Shown here one piece after another: positions 43,957-52,571 of a stretch of DNA of 64,000 bases (within the stretch, counting starts at the first letter, position 1; every line of letters starts with the position of its first letter). The translations under genes were made by a program, and so were the position numbers. Under the pieces are notes generated by a model that did not search any database, had not been told where the DNA came from, and saw only the letters and a program-made list of their open reading frames with translations. The stretch spans positions 594,798 through 658,797 of the forward strand of contig JBCBKO010000002.1 of assembly GCA_038521865.1 (NCBI GenBank), written 5' to 3'. The stretch comes from Pseudomonadota bacterium (GTDB lineage Bacteria > Pseudomonadota > Gammaproteobacteria > Steroidobacterales > Woeseiaceae).

Positions 43957-44577
43957 ATGCTTCAACGCGTTGCCTGTTCGTTGATCTTATTCGCAGCGGC
44001 TTCCCTGTCCGTGCCCGCCTTTGCCGATGTTCCCGAGCGCGCTGAGGACGTCACTCCTATCCCAGTCGGTGATTCCGCACCTGCTTTCGAAGTGCAAGGG
44101 AAAGATGGACAGACATTTGCTTTCGATCCTGCAAGCCATGATGGCAAAACGATGGTGATCTTTTATCGAGGCGGTTGGTGTCCGTACTGTAACCGCCATT
44201 TGGCCGCGCTGCGGGACGTGGTGCCGACCCTGCGCGAGGCGGGGGTCGATGTACTGTTCCTGTCAGCTGACAAGCCGGAGTTGCTCTATTCAAGCCTGGA
44301 CGATGAGACGATCGATTACACCCTGTTATCCGATGCGGCAATGACTGCGTCACGAGCATTCGGTGTTGCGTTTCAGGTGGACGATGAGACGGTGGAACGC
44401 TACAAGGGCTTTGGTATCGATTTAGAGGAAGCGTCAGGTTTTGACCATCACCTGCTTCCGGTACCGGCGGTCTATCTGATCGAAAACGGACAGGTCGCGT
44501 TCATGCATGCCGACGCTGACTACAAAAAGCGGCTCGAGCCTGCTCGCGTATTGGCAGCGGCGGGTCTCGGTACCTGA
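43957..44577 (+). CDS. Secreted AhpC/TSA (redoxin) family protein
   Basis: 206 aa from ATG 43957: signal peptide MLQRVACSLILFAAASLSVPAFA, thioredoxin-fold motif GGWCPYC. Confidence 0.75.
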   Translation: MLQRVACSLILFAAASLSVPAFADVPERAEDVTPIPVGDSAPAFEVQGKDGQTFAFDPASHDGKTMVIFYRGGWCPYCNRHLAALRDVVPTLREAGVDVLFLSADKPELLYSSLDDETIDYTLLSDAAMTASRAFGVAFQVDDETVERYKGFGIDLEEASGFDHHLLPVPAVYLIENGQVAFMHADADYKKRLEPARVLAAAGLGT

Positions 44578-44598
44578 TGGCGATTTGATTGCCGAAGC

Positions 44599-45063
44599 AT
44601 GTTCCACGTCGTTCTTTTCGAACCCGAGATTCCGCCCAACACCGGCAACATCATTCGGCTCTGCGCAAACACAGGTTGTGCCTTGCACCTGATTGAACCG
44701 CTGGGATTCTCTCTGGAAGAAAAACGATTGCGACGCGCAGGGCTCGATTACAGGGAGTTCGCAGAGATCTCGGTGTACAAAGACCTCCAAGACTGCTTGG
44801 CACAACTTCAGCCAGCCAACGTGTGGGCTTTGTCGAGCAAAGTTCAGAGACGATATACCGACGCGCGGTTTGAACGTGGTGATGTCCTGCTATTCGGACC
44901 CGAGTCGCGCGGCCTCTCCGATGACGTTAAGGAGCGCTTTTCTGCCACCGCATTGACCTTGCCGATGGCGCCCGAGAGCAGGAGTCTCAATCTGGCGAAC
45001 AGTGTTGCGGTCGTGGTGTATGAGGCCTGGCGCCAACACGCATTCGCCGGGGCACCGGGTTAG
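44599..45063 (+). CDS. trmL: tRNA (cytidine/uridine-2'-O)-methyltransferase TrmL (SpoU family)
   Basis: 154 aa, MFHVVLFEPEIPPNTGNIIRLCANTG.. and the C-terminal knot motif SLNLANSVAVVVYEAWRQ. Confidence 0.88.
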   Translation: MFHVVLFEPEIPPNTGNIIRLCANTGCALHLIEPLGFSLEEKRLRRAGLDYREFAEISVYKDLQDCLAQLQPANVWALSSKVQRRYTDARFERGDVLLFGPESRGLSDDVKERFSATALTLPMAPESRSLNLANSVAVVVYEAWRQHAFAGAPG

Positions 45064-46067
45064 TTGAATTCGGCACCTGGTGCGCGCTGCATAAGCGCGT
45101 GGAACGCGTCGATCGGTTTAACGCCTTCATAGAGCACCCGATAAATCTGCTCGGTAATCGGCATCTCCAGTTCAAGTTCGGAGGCAGCATCCCGAACCGC
45201 TCGTGCCGCGAGGACACCCTCCACGACTTGTGCGATTTCGGCTTCTGCCTCTTCGATCGTTTTGCCTGCCGCGAGCGCCAGGCCCATGCGACGGTTTCGA
45301 GACTGATTGTCGGTACAGGTCAGAACAAGATCCCCCATGCCTGCGAGGCCCATGAAAGTTTCCTGCCGCGCGCCGCGCGCAACACCAAATCGCGTCATCT
45401 CGGACAGGGCTCGGGTGATCAGTGCGACGCGAGCATTGGCGCCGAATCCCAATCCGTCAGAAATGCCCGCACCGATCGCCATGATGTTCTTGATGGCGCC
45501 CCCGACCTCGACACCGACGATATCGTCACTGGTATAGGCTCGGAATGCAGGGTCGCTGATCCGTGCAGCGATGTTGCCGGCGAACTCACTGTCGGCTGAT
45601 CCCACGGTCAGCGCTGTCGGCAAGCCGCGAGCAAGTTCCTTGGCGAAAGTCGGTCCGGACAGGACAGCGAATGGGCCTGCATCGGCGCCCAAAACCTCAC
45701 CGACCACTTCGTGAGGAAGCTTACCCGTCGACAGTTCAAGCCCCTTGGTCGCCCAGGCAACCCGCAGCCCGTCTGGACGCTTTTCCTTCAAGAGTCGCAG
45801 GGTTTCGCGGAGACCGTGACTCGGCACACTGACCAACACCTCATCAATGCCATCCAGTGCTTCTTCGAGCGACACAACCGCCCGCAGTCGATCGGGAAAC
45901 GGACCTTCCGGCAGGTAGCGCTCGTTGCACCGGGCGCTGGTCATGTCAGCAAGCTGAGCGGTGTCCCGCCCCCAGAGTCGAACCTCGGAGCCTGCGCGCG
46001 CGTACTGAATCGCGAGCGCAGTTCCCCAGGACCCTGCACCAATGACCGCGACCGGCGGATACTGCAT
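45060..46067 (-). CDS. gpsA: NAD(P)H-dependent glycerol-3-phosphate dehydrogenase
   Basis: 335 aa: Rossmann VIGAGSWGTALA, ..ATKGLE.., GLGFGANA. Confidence 0.93.
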   Translation of the reverse strand: MQYPPVAVIGAGSWGTALAIQYARAGSEVRLWGRDTAQLADMTSARCNERYLPEGPFPDRLRAVVSLEEALDGIDEVLVSVPSHGLRETLRLLKEKRPDGLRVAWATKGLELSTGKLPHEVVGEVLGADAGPFAVLSGPTFAKELARGLPTALTVGSADSEFAGNIAARISDPAFRAYTSDDIVGVEVGGAIKNIMAIGAGISDGLGFGANARVALITRALSEMTRFGVARGARQETFMGLAGMGDLVLTCTDNQSRNRRMGLALAAGKTIEEAEAEIAQVVEGVLAARAVRDAASELELEMPITEQIYRVLYEGVKPIDAFHALMQRAPGAEFN

Positions 46068-46085
46068 AGTGTCGATCGACGCCGC

Positions 46086-46580
46086 CTAGGCGTCAGCTGC
46101 CTGTTGCTGTTGTGCCTGTTCCATTTGCGAGCGCCGGAACAGCGCTTCGAAGTCGATCGGCTGAAGCAGCAGCTCCGGGAAACCGCCGCGTTGTACTGCG
46201 CCAGAGATCGCTTCGCGCGCGTATGGGAACAATGTGCTCGGGCAGTAAGTGCCGAGAATCATGTTCAGCTCCTGGTCACTGTAACCGGCAAGGTGAAACA
46301 CGCCGGCTTGCTGGAGCTCCACGAGAAACGCGGTTTCGTTATCGAATTTCGCGTCCAGCGTCAGGGTCAACACGCATTCGTACAAACTGTCTTCGATTTT
46401 GTTGTTTTTGGTGCTCAGATTGAGGTTGGTCGACGGTTTGAAATCCTGCTGCATGAAAATGCGCGGAGCACCCGGCGATTCAAAGGAAAAATCCTTGACG
46501 TAGATTTTGCGCAGCGCGACCTCACGGGCCGGCTGTTGCGATTCGCCATTTGCGCCTGTCGCGCCTTGTTCTTCACTCAT
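46086..46580 (-). CDS. secB: Protein-export chaperone SecB
   Basis: 164 aa, ..LRKIYVKDFSFESP.. ..CPSTLFPYAREAI.., acidic C-terminus. Confidence 0.92.
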   Translation of the reverse strand: MSEEQGATGANGESQQPAREVALRKIYVKDFSFESPGAPRIFMQQDFKPSTNLNLSTKNNKIEDSLYECVLTLTLDAKFDNETAFLVELQQAGVFHLAGYSDQELNMILGTYCPSTLFPYAREAISGAVQRGGFPELLLQPIDFEALFRRSQMEQAQQQQAADA

Positions 46581-46608
46581 GTTTTCGATTCCTGGAAAGG
46601 TAAAAAAA

Positions 46609-46875
46609 TCAGTGACCCAGGAGCGGGTCGAGTTTGCCGTCGCGGTCCATGGCGCTCAGATCGTCGAACCCACCGACGTGGAGTTCATCGATAAAAATCT
46701 GAGGGACGGTGCGACGACCGTTGCTGCGCTCGAGCATGCGGCTGAGCTGCGCTTGATCGGCAGAGACATCGATCACCTCAAACTCGACGCCTTTGCGTTC
46801 GAGCAATGCTTTGGCTGCCGCGCAATAGGGACAATAGTCTTTTGAATACACTGTGATCTGAGCCATCTTGGGCAC
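46609..46875 (-). CDS. grxC: Glutaredoxin 3
   Basis: 88 aa, active site CPYC, TVPQIFI, GGFDDL. Confidence 0.9.
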   Translation of the reverse strand: MPKMAQITVYSKDYCPYCAAAKALLERKGVEFEVIDVSADQAQLSRMLERSNGRRTVPQIFIDELHVGGFDDLSAMDRDGKLDPLLGH

Positions 46876-46890
46876 TCCGTTCTACGTCGG

Positions 46891-47352
46891 TTACTTGCGT
46901 TTGTCTTTGCGCTTCTTGCCTTTGCGCTTAAGCGTATCGACCAGCGGCAGTTTTTCCTGGGTCCAGGCATCGATGCCGCCCTTCAGCGAAAACACCCGGT
47001 CGTAACCTTTCTTACGCAGCGATGAAACAACACGACCGCACTGCAAACCGCTTTGGCACGCGATGATGATGTCACGACCGGCGAGACCACTAAGGCGCTC
47101 CTCGCTTTGAGCGACTTGATCTGGCGTCAGGTTGCGTGCGCCGGCGATGTGCCCTTTCTCGAACTGCTCAGCCGGTCGGATATCCACCACCGCAGCATTA
47201 TCGTTGATCATGCGAATGACCTCGGTCACGCCGAGATCGATACCCGCCGACGCCTGCAGACGAAACTCCGTAAAGAGCACGAAAAACAGTGACATCACCA
47301 GGCCGGCGGTCAGCAGCAAATTGTTATTGGTGAACTCGACGAGTTGTCCCAT
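46891..47352 (-). CDS. Membrane-anchored rhodanese-domain protein (YibN-like)
   Basis: 153 aa from ATG 47352: N-terminal TM, rhodanese fold with IIIACQSGLQCGR, polybasic tail KRKGKKRKDKRK. Same yibN-grxC-secB-gpsA order as in E. coli. Confidence 0.75.
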   Translation of the reverse strand: MGQLVEFTNNNLLLTAGLVMSLFFVLFTEFRLQASAGIDLGVTEVIRMINDNAAVVDIRPAEQFEKGHIAGARNLTPDQVAQSEERLSGLAGRDIIIACQSGLQCGRVVSSLRKKGYDRVFSLKGGIDAWTQEKLPLVDTLKRKGKKRKDKRK

Positions 47353-47440
47353 GGTCGCGAATCCCGGGTTGGTCGGGCGGGGAGTATAGCAGGCATCGAC
47401 GGCGCTGGACTTCAACCGCGACCGCTTGGAAGATGGCGCC

Positions 47441-48595
47441 ATGAGGATGCGCTTTGTGATGAGTCTGGCCTTCTGCGTTGTTCTTGGGGTATGGCCAGCT
47501 ACGACCGACGCCCAGTCACGGGTAGCACGCGAGCAGGACCTGCAAGCCGTGCGGGCGCGCATCACAACATTAAGTCAACAAATGGAGCGACGTACCCGCG
47601 AGCGCGACGCCCTGGTCGGCGAGCTTGGCGAGACCGAGACGGCGCTGGCTGATGCACAGCGGGAGCGGCGCGCCGTCCGGGAGCGCCAACGCGAGGTCAC
47701 CGCGCGTCTTCGAGCCGCCGAGGCCGATGTCGAGTTGCAGAAAGCGGCGATGGAGGGGGAGCGCGAGGAACTTGGTAGGCAGCTGGCCGCCGCCTACCGC
47801 AGTGGACGTCAGGAAAAGCTCAAACTGCTGCTCAACCCTAGAGAGCCCGCTGCGCTCGGACGCTTACTGACTTACTACGATTACCTGAATGAAGCACGGC
47901 TCGCGAATGTGACGGCACTGGCTGCCGGCATGCAGAAGCTGAAGGCGCTTAGCGATACGGTACGCGAAGAGCGGACATCGCTTGAGGTCCTGGCTGAGAG
48001 TAATGCTGCGCTGATCAAGGATCTTGAAAAAGGCCAGACCAAGCGCGCAAAGTTGCTCGCAAGTATCGATGAAAAGCTGGCGGCCGAGCAGAACCTTTTG
48101 GGCTCGCTACGCCAACAGGAGTCAGACCTCGCCGAGTTGTTGGCGGAGCTCGCGGATATTCTTTCCGATTACCCCATCGACGCAGAGGTGCCGATGGCAG
48201 AGCTTCGCGGGGAGCTGACCTGGCCGGTCAGTGGTCGAGTGGCGACGAACTTTGGGCAGCGTCGCGGCGGCACGATCCGCAGCTCCGGGTTGGTTCTGGC
48301 CACCGCGGCGGGTACCGAAATTCGAGCGATTTACCATGGACGCGTGGCATTCGCAGATTGGTTGCCTGGCATGGGCATGTTGATGGTGATCGATCACGGC
48401 GATGATTTGCTGTCTTTATATGGCTACAACGAGACGTTACTGAAGGAGGTCGGCGATTGGGTGACACCGGGTGAGGTGATTGCCACCGTTGGCAACACAG
48501 GGGGTCAGGCTGCACCGGCGCTGTATTTCGAGCTGCGTAAAGCGAGCAAGCCGGTCAATCCGCGACCGTGGTTTCGTGGTGCGCCGAACGGCTGA
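47441..48595 (+). CDS. envC: Murein hydrolase activator EnvC (coiled coil + degenerate LytM/M23 domain)
   Basis: Signal peptide MRMRFVMSLAFCVVLGVWPATTDA, long coiled coil, C-terminal M23 fold with YFELR in place of the catalytic HLHFE. First ATG is 47441 (the ORF-track start 47426 is a TTG). Confidence 0.8.
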   Translation: MRMRFVMSLAFCVVLGVWPATTDAQSRVAREQDLQAVRARITTLSQQMERRTRERDALVGELGETETALADAQRERRAVRERQREVTARLRAAEADVELQKAAMEGEREELGRQLAAAYRSGRQEKLKLLLNPREPAALGRLLTYYDYLNEARLANVTALAAGMQKLKALSDTVREERTSLEVLAESNAALIKDLEKGQTKRAKLLASIDEKLAAEQNLLGSLRQQESDLAELLAELADILSDYPIDAEVPMAELRGELTWPVSGRVATNFGQRRGGTIRSSGLVLATAAGTEIRAIYHGRVAFADWLPGMGMLMVIDHGDDLLSLYGYNETLLKEVGDWVTPGEVIATVGNTGGQAAPALYFELRKASKPVNPRPWFRGAPNG

Positions 48596-48679
48596 ATCGC
48601 GGAATGGTCCGCGCTAGGTGGGCTTTGCCTGTGCTATCGTCGAGCAAGGATAGCGATACGTTCAGGGAGTAGGAAACGC

Positions 48680-49846
48680 TTGTCGATCTTGAGTCGCGTT
48701 TGTATCGCCGCAATGGTGGGTCTGACACTGGCGCTTGCGCTGGTGGCCGGCGATCGCCTGATTCTGCAGCGCGATTCGGCAACGACAACTACCTCGCGAC
48801 CCAGTCCATTGCTGAACGAGGTGCTGGAGCGGGTGCATCGCGACTACGTCGATCCGGTCGACGACAGTGAGTTAATGGAAGCCGCGGTTCGCGGCATGGT
48901 CGCCGATTTGGACCCGCACTCTGAATTCCTCGATGCCAGCGCCTTCGAAGATGTTCGTTCTGGCGCAGAGGGCCGTTATTCCGGGGTCGGCTTGGAAGTC
49001 GCGTTACGCGAGGGTGACGTTACGGTCATCACGCCTTTTGAGGGCTCTCCCGCACAGCGCGCTGGTATCCGCACGGGTGACATCATTCTCGCGATTGATG
49101 AGATGGCCGTCTCAACGACCGCCCTCCAGGAAACAGTGTCGAGGATGCGTGGCCCAAGTGGCAGCGCGGTAACCTTGAGCGTCCTGCGAGAGGGTTTCGA
49201 CGCGCCATTGCGATTCAATCTGGAGCGCGAAAGGCTGACCGTCGAGAGTGTTCAGGGCGCATTGCTCGCACCGGATATCGGGCATTTGGTGATACGGCAA
49301 TTCCACACGAGGACCGCAGTGGAGCTCGAGCTGGTGCTGCGCGAACTGACGGAAGAGAACCTCACCCCACTGCGGGCCATTGTGCTCGATTTGCGCAACA
49401 ATCCCGGCGGGTTACTCGATTCCGCAATCGCTGTCACCGATCTGTTTCTTGAGGAAGGCCTGATCGTCAGTGCTCGTGGGCGTGGTGATGATGCAGCATT
49501 TGAATATCTCGCAACGCGCGGTTCGCTGCTGCCTGATGCACAAATGGTGGTGCTGGTGAACGGCGCTTCGGCATCCGCAGCGGAAATCGTTGCCGGCGCG
49601 CTCAAGGATCACGAAAGAGCGCGCCTGATTGGCACATCGACGTTCGGAAAAGGCCTTGTACAGACCGTTATGCCGCTATCGCGGGGGCGGGCTATCAAGC
49701 TCACAACCTCGCGTTACTACACACCTGACGGTCATTACATTCACGACCGGGGTATCACGCCGAACATTGTCGTTCGTGACAACGGCCCAGAGGACCGGCA
49801 GTTGGCGCGAGCGCTTCAGGAATTGACCGGCGGTCATCGACGCTGA
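48680..49846 (+). CDS. ctpA: Carboxy-terminal processing protease (S41, CtpA/Prc-like)
   Basis: 388 aa: PDZ region (GVGLEV..GSPAQRAGIRTGDIIL), catalytic NGASASAAEI and TFGKG. TTG start preceded by GGGAG. Confidence 0.88.
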   Translation: MSILSRVCIAAMVGLTLALALVAGDRLILQRDSATTTTSRPSPLLNEVLERVHRDYVDPVDDSELMEAAVRGMVADLDPHSEFLDASAFEDVRSGAEGRYSGVGLEVALREGDVTVITPFEGSPAQRAGIRTGDIILAIDEMAVSTTALQETVSRMRGPSGSAVTLSVLREGFDAPLRFNLERERLTVESVQGALLAPDIGHLVIRQFHTRTAVELELVLRELTEENLTPLRAIVLDLRNNPGGLLDSAIAVTDLFLEEGLIVSARGRGDDAAFEYLATRGSLLPDAQMVVLVNGASASAAEIVAGALKDHERARLIGTSTFGKGLVQTVMPLSRGRAIKLTTSRYYTPDGHYIHDRGITPNIVVRDNGPEDRQLARALQELTGGHRR

Positions 49847-50601
49847 TGCGAATCTTGTTGTGTCTTTTTTTCTGCTTCGCCCTTCCAAGCGCAGCGGCCA
49901 GCCCTCCGCGGGTCGCCATCATTCTTGACGATATTGGCTATCGACATTCCGCTGATCTCAGGGCGCTGGATCTTCCGCCAGAGATCGCTTTCGCTGTGAT
50001 TCCGGGTTCTGTGCATGGCAGAGTTCTCGGTGCTGCTGCAGTCCAACAAGGCCGAGAGGTGCTAATACATCTGCCCATGGAGCCACTCGTGCCGCACCCA
50101 CGGTCGCTCGGTCCGCTCTCGCTCAGCGAAGACGCTGATGAAATCTCGGTTCGACGCGTACTGGATGCAGCGCTCCAGGAGCTGCCATTCGCCCACGGGT
50201 TGAACAATCACATGGGCAGCCGGCTGACCCAGCAGCCAACTCACATGCGTTGGCTGATGGAGACGCTGGTGTGCAAGCGCAACCTTTACTTCGTCGACAG
50301 CTACACAACTGAGCGCAGCGTCGCGCTGGCGGCCGCTCGCGACCATGCAGTGCCGGCAGCGCGTCGAGACGTGTTTCTGGATCATGATCTGGATCCTGCG
50401 GCCATCGAGTACCAGGTCGAAAGACTGGTCCGATTGGCAACACAGCGCGGACACGCGCTGGCTATTGGTCACCCGCATGATGCGACGCTTAACGCCTTGC
50501 ATGCGTTACCGCAACTATTGCAAAAACACGGGATTGAACTGGTGTCTCCCAGTGAGCTGATCTCCAGCGCGCCGATCCAGAGTCCGGTCGAGGCGGATTA
50601 A
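49846..50601 (+). CDS. Divergent polysaccharide deacetylase family protein (YibQ-like)
   Basis: 251 aa: signal peptide, VAIILDDIGY, NNHMGSR. TGATG overlap with the ctpA stop. Same envC-yibQ neighbourhood as in E. coli. Confidence 0.8.
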   Translation: MRILLCLFFCFALPSAAASPPRVAIILDDIGYRHSADLRALDLPPEIAFAVIPGSVHGRVLGAAAVQQGREVLIHLPMEPLVPHPRSLGPLSLSEDADEISVRRVLDAALQELPFAHGLNNHMGSRLTQQPTHMRWLMETLVCKRNLYFVDSYTTERSVALAAARDHAVPAARRDVFLDHDLDPAAIEYQVERLVRLATQRGHALAIGHPHDATLNALHALPQLLQKHGIELVSPSELISSAPIQSPVEAD

Positions 50602-51143
50602 TGAGCAGGAATTTTCGCTATTGCCCTGTCTGCGCGACGGCACTCGTACCACAGCAGCATGGTGGCCGTATGCGCCTCGCGTGCCCTAATGCGAGTTGCG
50701 GCTGGGTGCACTGGGACAATCCGACGCCCGTGGTCGCTGCTATTGCGGAGAGAAACGACGCTGTCATTCAGGTTCGCAGTATTGGCTGGCCCCCAGGTTG
50801 GTTCGGGTTGGTTACCGGTTTTCTCGAAGCGGGAGAAACGCCGGAGGAAGGCGTGTTGAGAGAGGTTGAAGAGGAAATCGGCCTGTCCGGCACCCTCGGC
50901 GAGTTGGTGGGGCTGTATCCGTTCCACAGGATGAACCAGCTTCTCATCGTCTATCATGTCTCTATTCCGGATGGAGATATCCGACTGGACGAAACGGAAC
51001 TCGAGGACTGGCGCGAAGTCCCACTGGCAGAGGTTCGTCCCTGGGCGAGTGGCACCGGCTACGCCTTGCGCGACTGGATGCGGGGCCGCGGTTATGATTT
51101 CCCTGATGAGGCATTATTAAGCCTGGAGCGACGAGGAACATGA
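50601..51143 (+). CDS. NUDIX hydrolase with N-terminal zinc ribbon
   Basis: 180 aa: CPVC..(17)..CPNASC, then an intact Nudix box [28 protein letters not shown] overlap with the yibQ-like stop. Confidence 0.85.
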   Translation: MSRNFRYCPVCATALVPQQHGGRMRLACPNASCGWVHWDNPTPVVAAIAERNDAVIQVRSIGWPPGWFGLVTGFLEAGETPEEGVLREVEEEIGLSGTLGELVGLYPFHRMNQLLIVYHVSIPDGDIRLDETELEDWREVPLAEVRPWASGTGYALRDWMRGRGYDFPDEALLSLERRGT

Positions 51144-51994
51144 TGAGAGGTTTTGTGATCAGCTTTGCGATGCTTATCGCGATGGCGTCATCCGGCGCGG
51201 TTTGGTCACAGTCAGGTGATCTCTTGAATAACGCCATCTGTCCCGAGGTGTGGCAACCGGTGTGCGGTGCAGACGGCAATACGTATGCGAATCTCTGTCA
51301 GGCGAAAAAGGCCGAAGTTGCTGTTGCTGCCGACGGAGAATGCGAGGGCGAAGACGACCAGCTCGCCACAGAGCCAGACGCCAACGATCGTTGCCCGCCC
51401 CGATTCGCGCCGGTCTGTGGCAGCGATGGCAATACGTACGCTAACAGTTGCTTCGCGACGCTCGCTGGTGTTGAAACGGAATCGACCGGTTTGTGCGACG
51501 ACCAGACATGTCCACAGGATCGGCTGCCGGTTTGCGGTAGAAATGGACAAACATTTTTGAACCGGTGCGAGGCTGATCGTGCTCGAGTGGGCATCTTGTA
51601 TACGGGCACCTGCGATACTGCCTCCTGTCCGGATGTCTTTTCGCCTGTGTGCGGTGCAAACGGGGAAACCTACGCAAATGCTTGTGCCGCTGACGCCGCC
51701 GGAATCGATGTGGTGCGTGACTCTGCGTGTGGTCAGCGTCGCTGTCCGGCGTTGTTCGTGCCGGTCTGTGGCGCGGACGACGTGACCTATGGGAACGCCT
51801 GCCAAGCCGAGCGCGCAGGTGTGCGAATCGTGGCGCCAGGCGATTGCGCCGGCAATAATTGTCCCAGATTGTTTCAGCCGGTCTGCGGGAGCGACGGTCG
51901 TACCTACGATAATCGCTGCCTTCTGGATGCGGCTGGCCAAAGGTTGCTGTATGCCGGGGAGTGCTCAACTACGGGTATCGGTGCGGCGAAGTGA
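51140..51994 (+). CDS. Secreted protein made of six tandem Kazal-like (four-Cys) serine protease inhibitor domains
   Basis: 284 aa: signal peptide [23 protein letters not shown], then six CP-x5-PVCG-x-(D/N)G-x-T(Y/F)-x-N-x-C..C units. ATGA overlap with the NUDIX stop. Confidence 0.8.
   Translation: MMRGFVISFAMLIAMASSGAVWSQSGDLLNNAICPEVWQPVCGADGNTYANLCQAKKAEVAVAADGECEGEDDQLATEPDANDRCPPRFAPVCGSDGNTYANSCFATLAGVETESTGLCDDQTCPQDRLPVCGRNGQTFLNRCEADRARVGILYTGTCDTASCPDVFSPVCGANGETYANACAADAAGIDVVRDSACGQRRCPALFVPVCGADDVTYGNACQAERAGVRIVAPGDCAGNNCPRLFQPVCGSDGRTYDNRCLLDAAGQRLLYAGECSTTGIGAAK
51239..51964 (+). repeat. Six in-frame ~117-153-nt coding repeats (Kazal-like units)
   Basis: First Cys of each unit at aa 34, 85, 124, 163, 202, 241. 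24 Cys in total, 4 per unit. Confidence 0.85.
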
Positions 51995-52488
51995 CCTCAA
52001 AGAAAGTGAGCCTGCGGCGTCGGGTGTCCGACTGGCTGCGACGCGGTGATGGGCTGCCGAAACTGAATTACGACGCGCTGGTCGACCCTGATCCGAAAGA
52101 CGTCGAAGCCGTAGCTCGAGGCTTGCGCGCGTATAACAACCGATTCGCGGGTCCCTTGAACGAGAAGCGACTGGGTTGTTTTGTCCGGGATGCGTCTGGC
52201 CGTGTGGTCGGCGGCTCACACGGTCATGTGCTGTGGTCATGGTTGTACATCGAGCGGTTGTGGGTCGAATCGGACTTGCGCTCAAATGGTGTTGGCACAC
52301 AAGTTCTCGCACGACTGGAGCGGCTGGCGTTATCCGAGGGCGTTCACCGCTTCCACGTCCAGACGACATCATTCCAGGCGCTCGACTTTTATATTAAGCA
52401 GGGCTACGAGGTGTACGCTCAGCTTGAGGATAATCCGCCCGGCCACACGGATTACAGCCTGAAAAAAATCATTAACCTCGATCCCTGA
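51991..52488 (+). CDS. GNAT family N-acetyltransferase
   Basis: Motif A region [32 protein letters not shown] 51991 forms a GTGA overlap with the Kazal gene stop (the ORF-track start is GTG 51961). Confidence 0.72.
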   Translation: MTSKKVSLRRRVSDWLRRGDGLPKLNYDALVDPDPKDVEAVARGLRAYNNRFAGPLNEKRLGCFVRDASGRVVGGSHGHVLWSWLYIERLWVESDLRSNGVGTQVLARLERLALSEGVHRFHVQTTSFQALDFYIKQGYEVYAQLEDNPPGHTDYSLKKIINLDP

Positions 52489-52571
52489 TTCTTTTTTTGA
52501 ACCGTTTTTCCTGCGGCCGCTTCTTACCGGTCGACCCAACTGGTCTCAATTCAGTTTTAGGAGAAACGTTG

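Noticed and set aside
44600-44615. A third parS candidate, TGTTCCACGTCGTTCT, at the start of trmL.
   Set aside because: Only the left half matches (12/16) and the right arm is not palindromic. It is most likely just the MFHVV codons.
45711-46694. A 327-aa plus-strand ORF, and similar long antisense ORFs (for example 17015-17731 +, 51212-51940 -, 19578-20072 -, 10010-10603 -).
   Set aside because: They lie antisense to well-supported genes (gpsA/secB, mnmG, the Kazal gene, the hydrolase, the DUF945-like gene). They are Arg/Ser/Pro-rich and show no motifs. This is typical of spurious open frames in GC-rich DNA.
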